A DNA stretch of 13,371 bases from Candidatus Nanohalobium sp. GTDB taxonomy: Archaea > Nanohalarchaeota > Nanosalinia > Nanosalinales > Nanosalinaceae. Each line of letters starts with the position of its first letter. The first letter of the stretch is position 1. The DNA lies in assembly GCA_042217545.1 (NCBI GenBank), contig JBDGSM010000062.1:1-13371 (forward strand), given 5' to 3'. This document shows positions 1 through 6,800 of the stretch, one piece after another. A program made the translations under genes and the position numbers. Under the pieces are notes generated by a model. That model saw only the letters and a program-made list of their open reading frames with translations, was not told the origin of the DNA and did not search any database.

Positions 1-54
1 GTGCTCGTCGGGCTCATAACCCGGAGGTCCGTGGTTCAAATCCACGCCCCGCTA
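1..54 (+). tRNA. tRNA-Met(CAT), initiator type, 5' end truncated by the window
   Basis: Anticodon arm GGG-CTCATAA-CCC with three consecutive G-C pairs. T-arm CGTGG-TTCAAAT-CCACG. The 3' acceptor strand CCCCGCT+A implies an A1-U72 pair, as in archaeal initiator tRNA. CCA is not encoded. Confidence 0.93.
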
Positions 55-151
55 TAAGCTATTTGTTCTTGCGTGGATATTGATTAGAGAAACTCACAGA
101 GTTTCGGGTCGAAGATTCTACTAATCTTCTCAAAGAAACGCATAGCGTTTC

Positions 152-174
152 GGTTCAAATCCACGCCCCGCTAT
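152..174 (+). repeat. 23-bp direct repeat of the tRNA-iMet 3' end (att-like)
   Basis: GGTTCAAATCCACGCCCCGCTAT is identical at 33-55 and 152-174. It is immediately preceded by a hairpin GAAACGC-ATA-GCGTTTC (135-151). Confidence 0.9.
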
Positions 175-175
175 C

Positions 176-321
176 GCCTCCCGACGCGGAGTGCGGCACG
201 CGATAAGCCATGCCGTGCATGGCTTCCAGGGATCTTTTCTCTCGAAAGTACCGGGAAGTACTGTCCCCGGCCTGACAGTTGTTCCGGACCACATACATCG
301 CTGGGGGGAAAGCTGGGAGGC
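176..321. ncRNA. Candidate GC-rich structured RNA or inverted-repeat element, family unassigned
   Basis: Closing stem GCCTCCC (176-182)/GGGAGGC (315-321). Internal hairpin AAGCCATGC-CGT-GCATGGCTT (205-225). Further possible helices CCAG/CTGG, AGTAC/GTACT and CTGTC/GACAG. No credible ORF. Confidence 0.35.
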
Positions 322-512
322 CTGAAACGAGATCAAACGTTTCTTGAGGCCTTTAAAATCTTTCTATTGTGGATCAGAAGCTTTTCTACAGGATTAACTT
401 TTTCCGGAGGCCTCTGACTTTTCTTCAGGTGGGCGGCAGTTTTCTGAGGCCTCTATTCTGGTTTTGAGTTTTTCGTGAACTTTCCGAGTCTGAAGCGTTT
501 GCTACCGTTAAC

Positions 513-520
513 TTAAATAA
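513..520 (+). promoter_or_regulatory. Putative archaeal TATA box upstream of the HypA-like gene
   Basis: TTAAATAA in an AT-rich intergenic context. An SD-like GAGGTG lies at 584-589, 9 nt before ATG 599. Confidence 0.4.
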
Positions 521-598
521 AGGCCTCTACATTGTATTACATTACAACCAAATGGAGAGAGTCCGGGGAAGAAAAAGTTAGATGAGGTGGATCAAGTT

Positions 599-952
599 AT
601 GGAGAAAGTAGGAAATGTCTTAGTGAATCTGATGAAGGATCTCTCAAGGCTCTCCACGAATGGGGATGCCCACATAAAGGTTAACAGGCAGCTATGTGAG
701 CCTGAGCAGTTTGAGGCCTTGTTCGGTCATTTTACACGTGGAACTATTCTGGAACGGATTGATCTTGAGGTTGAGGAACTTGATACGAAGGTTGAATGCA
801 GCTGCGGCTACACAGAGACCTTTGACGAGCACAAGAAAGGATACACGAAGTGTCCGGAATGTGGAAAGTTCGCCGAGGTAAAGAACGATGCCTACGAACT
901 CGTAAGTCCTGATCCCTCGAGAGCTGGAATGAGGAAGAGCATCAAGTTCTAG
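599..952 (+). CDS. HypA-like zinc-ribbon protein lacking the N-terminal MHE Ni-binding motif
   Basis: EPEQFEALF..FTRGTILERIDLEVE followed by CSCG...CPECG follows the HypA pattern (VEPE.L.F.F...GT..EGA.L.IE; CxxC...CPxCG). Start placed at ATG 599 because of the SD GAGGTG; the ORF track uses GTG 587. Confidence 0.65.
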   Translation: MEKVGNVLVNLMKDLSRLSTNGDAHIKVNRQLCEPEQFEALFGHFTRGTILERIDLEVEELDTKVECSCGYTETFDEHKKGYTKCPECGKFAEVKNDAYELVSPDPSRAGMRKSIKF

Positions 953-992
953 GATAGAAATTTCACAGCCCGGGGAAACAAGATTTAGAGAA

Positions 993-1130
993 TGCCGGGG
1001 ACAAGATTTGAACTTGCGAACCCCTGCGGGAACGGATTTCTAAACTCGAAACATTTTTGTTTCTCAAACCGTCTTCCGTAAAAAGACGGTGTCTTGAGTC
1101 CGTCGCCTTTGGCCACTTGGCTACCCCGGC
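993..1130 (-). tRNA. tRNA-Leu(CAA) with a 55-nt intron at canonical position 37/38
   Basis: Minus strand reads GCCGGGGTAGCCAAGTGGCCAAAGGCGACGGACTCAAG|intron 1092-1038|ATCCGTTCCCGCAGGGGTTCGCAAGTTCAAATCTTGTCCCCGGCA. It shows the acceptor stem GCCGGGG/CCCCGGC, anticodon stem ACGGA/TCCGT, a long variable arm and a TTCAAAT T-loop. Confidence 0.93.
1038..1092 (-). other. tRNA intron with relaxed bulge-helix-bulge/loop junction and two internal hairpins
   Basis: Removing it restores the loop CTCAAGA. Internal stems ACCGTCTT/AAGACGGT and GAAACA/TGTTTC. The central helix CUCA/UUAG has one mismatch. Confidence 0.8.
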
Positions 1131-1253
1131 TTGTCCTTGCCACTTGTTCTCGATCCAGGGCGGGCAAGAGATACTTGAGATACCCCGACGCCTTAACGTA
1201 TGCAATAAGTTGTTGCACAGATTTTTGTACGTAGGCCTTTGAGTTGAAGAATT

Positions 1254-1682
1254 ATGATTGAAGAAGGCGAAACGATTCCGGATTTCAAGGTCCTGAACCA
1301 GACAGGCGAGAAGATCTCTTCAGAAAGCATTGAAGACGCCGTGATCTATTTCTACCCGAAGGCGGATACGCCAGGATGCACCAGGGAGGCCTGTAATTTC
1401 AGGGACAGTATCTCGGAGCTTGAAGGCCTTGAAATGGAGGTTCTCGGCGTCAGCACTGATTCAGTTGAGGATCAGAAAAGTTTCCATGAGAAGAACGGGC
1501 TGAACTTTGACCTGCTTGCAGATGAAGACGGTGAGGTATCGGAGAAGCTCGGTGTTCTGAATGATTCAGGTGTGGCCGAGAGAACGACGTTCCTGGTGAA
1601 AAACGGCGAAGTAGTTAAGATATTCAGGAAAGTTGATCCTGAAACCCATGTGGAGGAAGTAGTTCAGTACCTGAAAAATTGA
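1254..1682 (+). CDS. bcp: Peroxiredoxin, Bcp/PrxQ family
   Basis: YFYPKADTPGCTREAC (PxxxTxxC plus a resolving Cys five residues later), GVSTD, F.LLAD and RTTFL motifs. Confidence 0.93.
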   Translation: MIEEGETIPDFKVLNQTGEKISSESIEDAVIYFYPKADTPGCTREACNFRDSISELEGLEMEVLGVSTDSVEDQKSFHEKNGLNFDLLADEDGEVSEKLGVLNDSGVAERTTFLVKNGEVVKIFRKVDPETHVEEVVQYLKN

Positions 1683-1688
1683 GGCCTT

Positions 1689-2051
1689 CTAGCTGACGTT
1701 TTCAAGTTCGGATAATTCCTTCTGAAGGTTCTCCAGCTCCGAATGCAGCTCCTGAACGGAGTCATCTACCTCAGCGTCGACCTCCTGCGTTTCATCAACG
1801 TCAAGCTCCTGCTTCGGCTGTCCGTCAACCTGCGGAAGGCTTGTCTGGAGGCCTTGCAGCGATCCGTTCAGCTCGTTGATATTGTTCTGGATGCTTTCGA
1901 TACTCTGTTTCCTTACTTCTCTTGCCTCTTTAAGCACCTGGGAGGCCTCTCTTATGTTCTCCACTATCTGTTCGACTGTTTCAAGGTCCTTGATTATCGT
2001 GTCCTGACCCTCTATCTTTACGTAGAGCTGATCCTGCTGGTCGGAAGCCAT
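1689..2051 (-). CDS. Hypothetical acidic coiled-coil protein
   Basis: 120-aa ORF with heptad-like helices and acidic composition matching the genuine genes. TATA-like TTTTAATAA about 22 nt upstream of the ATG (leaderless). Confidence 0.75.
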   Translation of the reverse strand: MASDQQDQLYVKIEGQDTIIKDLETVEQIVENIREASQVLKEAREVRKQSIESIQNNINELNGSLQGLQTSLPQVDGQPKQELDVDETQEVDAEVDDSVQELHSELENLQKELSELENVS

Positions 2052-2088
2052 ACAAATGGATTCGGCTGCCCGTTATTAAAAATAACCT

Positions 2089-2186
2089 GCGGGAAAAACG
2101 GGGTAGCTCAGAGGTGTTCAGTCTTCATCACTTCGGGTTACCCCGATCAGACGATGTCAAAAAGCCTCATCATCGCCAATTCCCGC
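2089..2186 (-). ncRNA. Box C/D 2'-O-methylation guide sRNA (double guide)
   Basis: On the minus strand: C box ATGATGA (2173-2167), 16-nt guide, D' box CTGA (2150-2147), hairpin TCGGG-GTAA-CCCGA (GNRA loop), C' box GTGATGA (2131-2125), 13-nt guide, D box CTGA (2111-2108). Terminal stem GCGGGAA/TTCCCGC. All four boxes are consensus. Confidence 0.88.
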
Positions 2187-2189
2187 GGC

Positions 2190-2355
2190 ACTCGAAACTC
2201 AATAGAGTTTCTATGTTCGCACAAACCGTGAAGCGGTTTGGAGCATTGGGAGCGCAGAAAGGCTCCGGAAGGTGCCACAGGTTTCTCTGAAAAAGGCTTA
2301 TCCATGAGAGATGGGTCTCGACCCATCCAGTACTCCCAGTTGCTACGGGAACTGT
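2190..2355. ncRNA. Candidate structured RNA between dut and the C/D sRNA, family unassigned
   Basis: Hairpins GAAACTC-AATA-GAGTTTC, CAAACCG-TGAAG-CGGTTTG, GGCTCC-GGAA-GGTGCC and GATGGGT-CTCG-ACCCATC, plus a long-range TGGGAG/CTCCCA pairing. Confidence 0.35.
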
Positions 2356-2356
2356 T

Positions 2357-2869
2357 TTATTCGTGGTATCTGCCACTGTAGCCTTCTTCTGTTTCCTTGA
2401 TTTTCTCAAACACTATCTGGTTGACCCTGGCATTCTCCTTGATCCTGATTCCTTCTGGGTTGTCTACGGAGAGTTTGAAGCTCCCTGTGCCTGTAAATCC
2501 TGCGTCCCAGACTGCGTTCTCTATAGTAGCGCCCATCCTCAACAGAGAAGATCTCGGGAAGGCGAATCCGGTAAGATCGTTCGGTATATCTACTTTCTCG
2601 TTCATCACGATCTTGTAAGTCCCCTGCTCCAGCTCCCACCAGCCGTACTCGTCCTCAGGATCCTTCTTCTCAGAGCTGATAGGGGTTGAATCCGGGATCT
2701 CACGTTCACCGTTCGAGAAGTCAAGGCTTCCAGCGCCTTCGATCTTATGGATCTCGTCTACTGTCAGGTCAAATCCCTGAGGTGTTAACTGTGTCTCCAG
2801 ATCGATAAAGTTCTGTACAAGGCCTTTCTCCTCCACCATCTTCTTCAACTGTTCACGGTTCAGCGTCAT
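2357..2869 (-). CDS. dut: Archaeal-type dUTPase (trimeric dUTPase/dCTP deaminase superfamily)
   Basis: GFDLT, FPRSSLLRMG, AVWDAGFTG, ARVNQIVF and C-terminal GYSGRY motifs. Start placed at ATG 2869 (MTLNREQL) because a TATA (TTTATAC) lies about 23 nt upstream; the ORF-track extension to 2926 runs through the promoter. Confidence 0.85.
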   Translation of the reverse strand: MTLNREQLKKMVEEKGLVQNFIDLETQLTPQGFDLTVDEIHKIEGAGSLDFSNGEREIPDSTPISSEKKDPEDEYGWWELEQGTYKIVMNEKVDIPNDLTGFAFPRSSLLRMGATIENAVWDAGFTGTGSFKLSVDNPEGIRIKENARVNQIVFEKIKETEEGYSGRYHE

Positions 2870-2889
2870 ACTGAACTGTAATCCCGAAA

Positions 2890-2910
2890 CAGTATAAACT
2901 TTTAATAAAC
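2890..2910. promoter_or_regulatory. Back-to-back TATA boxes for divergent leaderless genes (dut and the surface protein)
   Basis: GTATAAACTTTTAATAAAC: TTTATAC on the minus strand about 23 nt before ATG 2869, and TTTAATAA on the plus strand about 23 nt before ATG 2932. Confidence 0.55.
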
Positions 2911-2931
2911 TGGAAGAGAATCCCATCTATC

Positions 2932-4767
2932 ATGAAACGTACCGCATTGATACTGGCCTTCGTGGCCTTGATCGGTTTTACGGCAGCAGCACAGCAGAAC
3001 TCAACGAATATTAATACAGCGATCGTCGCATCGACAGCGAACTATCCTGACGCCATGGTAGGGGCAGCAGCCTCCAGCAAGATAGGCGCACCCGTCCTAC
3101 TGACAGGAAAGAATAAACTTTCCGCATCCACAAAGGATACTCTGAAAAAAATGAGTGTGGATCAAGCAGTGATCCTTGGAGGCCCTGCAGTAATCTCCAA
3201 AGACGTGGAGGCAGAGATAGACAGCGAAGTAAATAGCACAACAAGGCTATGGGGCGTAAGCCAGACAGGAACATCTATAGAGATTTCAAAGTACTTCTGG
3301 ACCGAAAGTGATAGAGCAACAATAATCCAGTACCCTCTGAACTCGGAAAACGGGTACAGGCTACTTTCAGCAGTAAATAAAGATGAGCCCATCCTGATCT
3401 CCAAACCCGGAACAATCTCTGCATCAGTGCTTTCCGAGGTCAAAAGGCTTGGAGCAACCCAGGTAGATGTCTACTCAACAGAAGCAGTAAACACGACATC
3501 GGATCTGAAAGAAATAGGTGTCAAGCACGTCAAAGTCAACGAAGGAAGGCTTGAAAACCTGGCAAAGGACGTAGAAGACAGAACTGAAGCAGGAAACGCA
3601 TCAAACCTTGTAGTTATCGCGGCAGCGAACTTCAGGCATTCCCTCATTGTACCTTCGACAGCGAACGGAGATTCAATCCTGATTGGATCAGAAAAGGAGA
3701 TCGGAAGAGCAGTAAAAGCCGCAAGCAAGGCCTCTATCAGGGAAGTAAAGGTTGCAGGAAAGCCCGACCTGGCAAAGAAGATTGCAGAAAGAATAAGGAA
3801 TCAGACACAGAAAAAAGTCCAGGTCATCTCAGGAAGGCCTGCGGAGACCGCAGCAGAGAAAGTAAGAAATCACAGCCGGGAGTGGAGCAGGATCCAGGAG
3901 AGGAGAAGAGAACACTGGAAGCAGAGGATAAAGAAAAGTAAAGGCCTCCAGAAATCAGCGAATGCGACACTTGTGAAGGCGAACGCATCAGTAACCGTTA
4001 ACTCCAGCCAGAGATCTCACGAACTCCTCAGTGAAGCGAGGAAGGCCTACGAAAAAGGCGAGTACTTCAAGGCAAGGAAGAAGGCAACAATGGCGGCATC
4101 GCAGGCAAATCTCAACCGTTTCAGGGAGCTTGACAGGGAAAAAATCAGGAACGAGTACCGGGACGAGACTGAGGACCTGAGAGCTGCCGCCAGTGAGATG
4201 GGACGGCTTAACAAGAAGATGGCCAGCCGGTTGAAGGATGCCAAAAGTAAGGAGAAAAGGCTTGAAATCGTCGACCGCTACAGGGAAAAGAGGAAAGACA
4301 TCCGTGAACGGAGAAGAGAGGAGAAAAAGAAGAGAAGAAACGACAGAGAAGACAACAGGACATCCAAACAGGAAGAAGGAGAGACGGAACCTAGAAACAC
4401 AAGCAGCGATGAAGGTCTTTCACCAGAGACGGAACCTAGAAACACAAGCAGCGATGAAGGTCTTTCACCAGGCAAGTCGAAAATCGAGTTCCACGCCGAG
4501 GACTCAAAGATCTCATCGAATCTGGTCTATCTTGCCAGAACAGGAGGTTACTCTATCAATTCCAGCAGCAGCTCCGATGGCAACAGCGTCAGCTTCAAGT
4601 TCATGATCTCCTCGCCTTCAGGACCCGCAACAGAAGTGCTCACCAGGATGAAGGCCTCGAGCACGGAAAAAGATCTTGCTCCCGGCAACTACACTGTGAA
4701 TGCTTCTGTCTCGCTTGACGGTAAGGTTATCGACAGGGCAGAGAGCAAGGTTTCAGTCAAGGGTTGA
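2932..4767 (+). CDS. Secreted cell-surface protein: signal peptide, cell-wall-binding-repeat-2-like region, basic coiled coil, C-terminal beta domain (PrcB_C-like)
   Basis: N-terminal MKR plus hydrophobic core and AAA cleavage site. YPDAMVGAAASSKIGAPVLLT and ILGGPAVIS match CW_binding_2. Many N-x-S/T sequons. C-terminal TGGYSI...P..PATEVLT resembles PrcB_C. Confidence 0.75.
   Translation: MKRTALILAFVALIGFTAAAQQNSTNINTAIVASTANYPDAMVGAAASSKIGAPVLLTGKNKLSASTKDTLKKMSVDQAVILGGPAVISKDVEAEIDSEVNSTTRLWGVSQTGTSIEISKYFWTESDRATIIQYPLNSENGYRLLSAVNKDEPILISKPGTISASVLSEVKRLGATQVDVYSTEAVNTTSDLKEIGVKHVKVNEGRLENLAKDVEDRTEAGNASNLVVIAAANFRHSLIVPSTANGDSILIGSEKEIGRAVKAASKASIREVKVAGKPDLAKKIAERIRNQTQKKVQVISGRPAETAAEKVRNHSREWSRIQERRREHWKQRIKKSKGLQKSANATLVKANASVTVNSSQRSHELLSEARKAYEKGEYFKARKKATMAASQANLNRFRELDREKIRNEYRDETEDLRAAASEMGRLNKKMASRLKDAKSKEKRLEIVDRYREKRKDIRERRREEKKKRRNDREDNRTSKQEEGETEPRNTSSDEGLSPETEPRNTSSDEGLSPGKSKIEFHAEDSKISSNLVYLARTGGYSINSSSSSDGNSVSFKFMISSPSGPATEVLTRMKASSTEKDLAPGNYTVNASVSLDGKVIDRAESKVSVKG
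4381..4470 (+). repeat. Perfect 45-bp in-frame tandem duplication (ETEPRNTSSDEGLSP x2)
   Basis: GAGACGGAACCTAGAAACACAAGCAGCGATGAAGGTCTTTCACCA at 4381-4425 and 4426-4470. Confidence 0.97.
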
Positions 4768-4789
4768 ACGAATTAAGGCCTTCTCCCAC

Positions 4790-4813
4790 ATTTTTCTCTA
4801 ACTTTTTTCTTCT
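4790..4813 (+). terminator. Putative archaeal T-rich terminator
   Basis: Pyrimidine/T tracts (ATTTTTCTCTAACTTTTTTCTTCT) about 25 nt after the stop at 4767. Confidence 0.4.
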
Positions 4814-4859
4814 CAAAGCGCATAAAAAAATAGCTCGTGAACTTTTGATGTGAACCTTT

Positions 4860-6170
4860 ATGTTGGATAGAACTTACACTAAAGAGGTCAGGCCCGATGA
4901 CGACGGCGAGGAAGTTGCTGTCGCAGGATGGGCACACGAGATCAGAGATCTCGGAGGTATCACTTTCGTGATAATCCGGGACAGGGAAGGACAAATCCAG
5001 GTAACCTTCAAAGAAGACGAAGACGAGGAGCTTTTCAACGAAGCGCAGAATATCGGAAAGGAAGACGTCATACACGTCACAGGTGTCGTAGAGGAGAACG
5101 ATCAGGCGCCCGGCGACAGAGAGATCCAGCCAGAGACCCTTGAAGTCATAGCGAACGCCGAAAGCCCTCTTCCAATGGATATCTCAAAGAATATTGATTC
5201 AGATCTATCCACAAGACTTGACAACAGGTTCATGGACCTCAGGAAACCAGAGATCCATGCCATCTTCTCCATGAGAAGCAAGGCACTCGAAGCCATGGAA
5301 GAATGGTTCGAAAAGGACAACTACATCGAGATCGACACACCTCTAATCTCAAAAGGGGGGGCAGAAGGAGGAGCAGAGCTCTTCCCGGTAATATACTACG
5401 ATGAAGAGGCCTTCCTCTCCCAGAGTCCGCAGCTTTACAAGCAGATGCTTATGGCTGCCGGATTCGACAAGGTATACGAGATGGGGACAGCGTTCAGGGC
5501 TGAAGAGTTCGCAACGTCCAGACACGTATCCGAGATCAATATGTTCGACGTGGAACTCGCATTCATCGAGGACCATCACGATGTCATGGACGTACAGGAG
5601 GAAAGCTTCAGGTACGCACTGGAAAAAGTCAAGGAACGAGCAGCAGACGAACTCGACATACTCAACGTAGACCTGCAGGTTCCAGAGGACGACTTCCCCC
5701 GAATAAAGTTTGATGAAGCACGTGAAATCCTGAAAGAAGAGTACGACCACGTACCAGAGGACGAAGGCGACCTCGACACCAAAGGAGAAAAACTGCTCGG
5801 CGAATACTTCGAGGAGAAAGGTCATCCGGCGTTCTTCGTAGTCGGCTACCCTGGAGAAAAGTTCTACTACATGCAGGAAGTTGAAGGCGACGAAGTAGCC
5901 TCCAGAAAATTCGACCTGATCTACAAAGGACAGGAACTCTCAAGCGGGGGACAGAGAGTCCACAACCTGGAAACACTGGAAAACTGGATGGAAAAACAGG
6001 ACGTAGACAAATCCAACTTCCAGTTCTACCTCGAGGCCTTCAAGTTCGGCATGCCTCCACACGGAGGATACGGATTAGGCATCGACAGGATGATCCAGAA
6101 GATGGCAGACCTCGAAAACATCAAGGAAGCCATCCTCTTCCCGAGAGATCCCGACAGACTCGAACCATAG
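4860..6170 (+). CDS. aspS: Aspartyl-tRNA synthetase, archaeal type, probably non-discriminating (Asp/Asn)
   Basis: OB-fold [34 protein letters not shown], motif 2 FRAE...[13 protein letters not shown], motif 3 [12 protein letters not shown] and C-terminal LFPRD. His in WAH and Pro in QAPG are the residues associated with non-discriminating enzymes. Confidence 0.96.
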   Translation: MLDRTYTKEVRPDDDGEEVAVAGWAHEIRDLGGITFVIIRDREGQIQVTFKEDEDEELFNEAQNIGKEDVIHVTGVVEENDQAPGDREIQPETLEVIANAESPLPMDISKNIDSDLSTRLDNRFMDLRKPEIHAIFSMRSKALEAMEEWFEKDNYIEIDTPLISKGGAEGGAELFPVIYYDEEAFLSQSPQLYKQMLMAAGFDKVYEMGTAFRAEEFATSRHVSEINMFDVELAFIEDHHDVMDVQEESFRYALEKVKERAADELDILNVDLQVPEDDFPRIKFDEAREILKEEYDHVPEDEGDLDTKGEKLLGEYFEEKGHPAFFVVGYPGEKFYYMQEVEGDEVASRKFDLIYKGQELSSGGQRVHNLETLENWMEKQDVDKSNFQFYLEAFKFGMPPHGGYGLGIDRMIQKMADLENIKEAILFPRDPDRLEP

Positions 6171-6210
6171 AAAACTCAGGCCTCAAAAAGGCCTTTATAT
6201 ATTCCTTCTT

Positions 6211-6771
6211 TTATTCCAGATATCTCTGTAGTTTCTTCCACAGCTCCGGGAACTCTATGTAACCTGACTCAGCGTTGAAATGTCCTGCGTTAGCGATCAG
6301 CTCAAAGTTTGCATCCAGATCATCAACAAGTTCGCCGGCTTTCTCCACAGGAACATATGGATCAGAGGCCGAATGATAGACATAGATATCCTTTGCGGAG
6401 GCCTTTATCTGGTCGAAGTCGAAATCTCTTTCCGCGAAGGTCTCGTTCAATGGATCGAATCTTTCGTCGTCGAGAGGGCCTGTGAAGCCGGAGATCAGGA
6501 AGGCCGCCTCTATCTGGAAATCAAGCCTCTCGAGAATGCTCAGTATAAAGACCGCTCCGGTGCTGTGACCGATGAGAACTGTGTTTTCGTCTATTTCAAG
6601 GCCTTCGTGTTCTAAAACTTGTAGCCAGTTGTTCAGGTTCTGGGCCTCAGGCGTAGGAAACTCTGGGACGCAGACCTCTACATCCTCTGCTTCGAGTTTC
6701 TGTTTGATTTCCGGGAACCAGTGGTCGTACTGTCCTGCGCCGGTTCCGTGGAAGATGAAGGCCTTCTGCAT
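6211..6771 (-). CDS. RBBP9/YdeN family alpha/beta serine hydrolase
   Basis: IFHG...HWF, nucleophile GHSTG, SDPYVP (Asp) and AGHFN (His). Confidence 0.9.
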   Translation of the reverse strand: MQKAFIFHGTGAGQYDHWFPEIKQKLEAEDVEVCVPEFPTPEAQNLNNWLQVLEHEGLEIDENTVLIGHSTGAVFILSILERLDFQIEAAFLISGFTGPLDDERFDPLNETFAERDFDFDQIKASAKDIYVYHSASDPYVPVEKAGELVDDLDANFELIANAGHFNAESGYIEFPELWKKLQRYLE

Positions 6772-6800
6772 AAGAGAAAAATGAGGGGTGAAATGTTTTG

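Noticed and set aside
152..174. Second tRNA copy or split-tRNA 3' half
   Set aside because: It starts within the T-stem, lacks the 5' bases of that stem, and has no evident leader for trans-splicing; an att-like duplicate fits better.
130..336. 68-aa minus-strand ORF
   Set aside because: Overlaps the tRNA repeat and the structured segment; its composition is unlike the acidic proteome.
963..1242. Three short ORFs over the tRNA-Leu locus
   Set aside because: They overlap a well-formed tRNA gene and show no protein motifs.
2255..2302. GGAA-capped hairpin and GGCTTAT as SRP RNA helix 8 or RNase P RNA
   Set aside because: No CAGG/AGCA symmetric loop for SRP and no GAGGAAAGUCC CR-I for RNase P; the segment is also too short.
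2295..2340. Minus-strand GGGAGTACTGGATGGGTCGAGACCCATCT resembles 5S rRNA loop E/helix IV
   Set aside because: The 5' half of 5S (CCGAAC loop, helix I) is absent; that position is occupied by the end of dut.
2870..2926. N-terminal extension of the dUTPase ORF
   Set aside because: It runs through the divergent TATA region; ATG 2869 fits family length and promoter spacing.
4381..4470. Direct repeat as a possible CRISPR array
   Set aside because: Only two abutting copies, no spacer, in frame within a CDS, and no cas genes.
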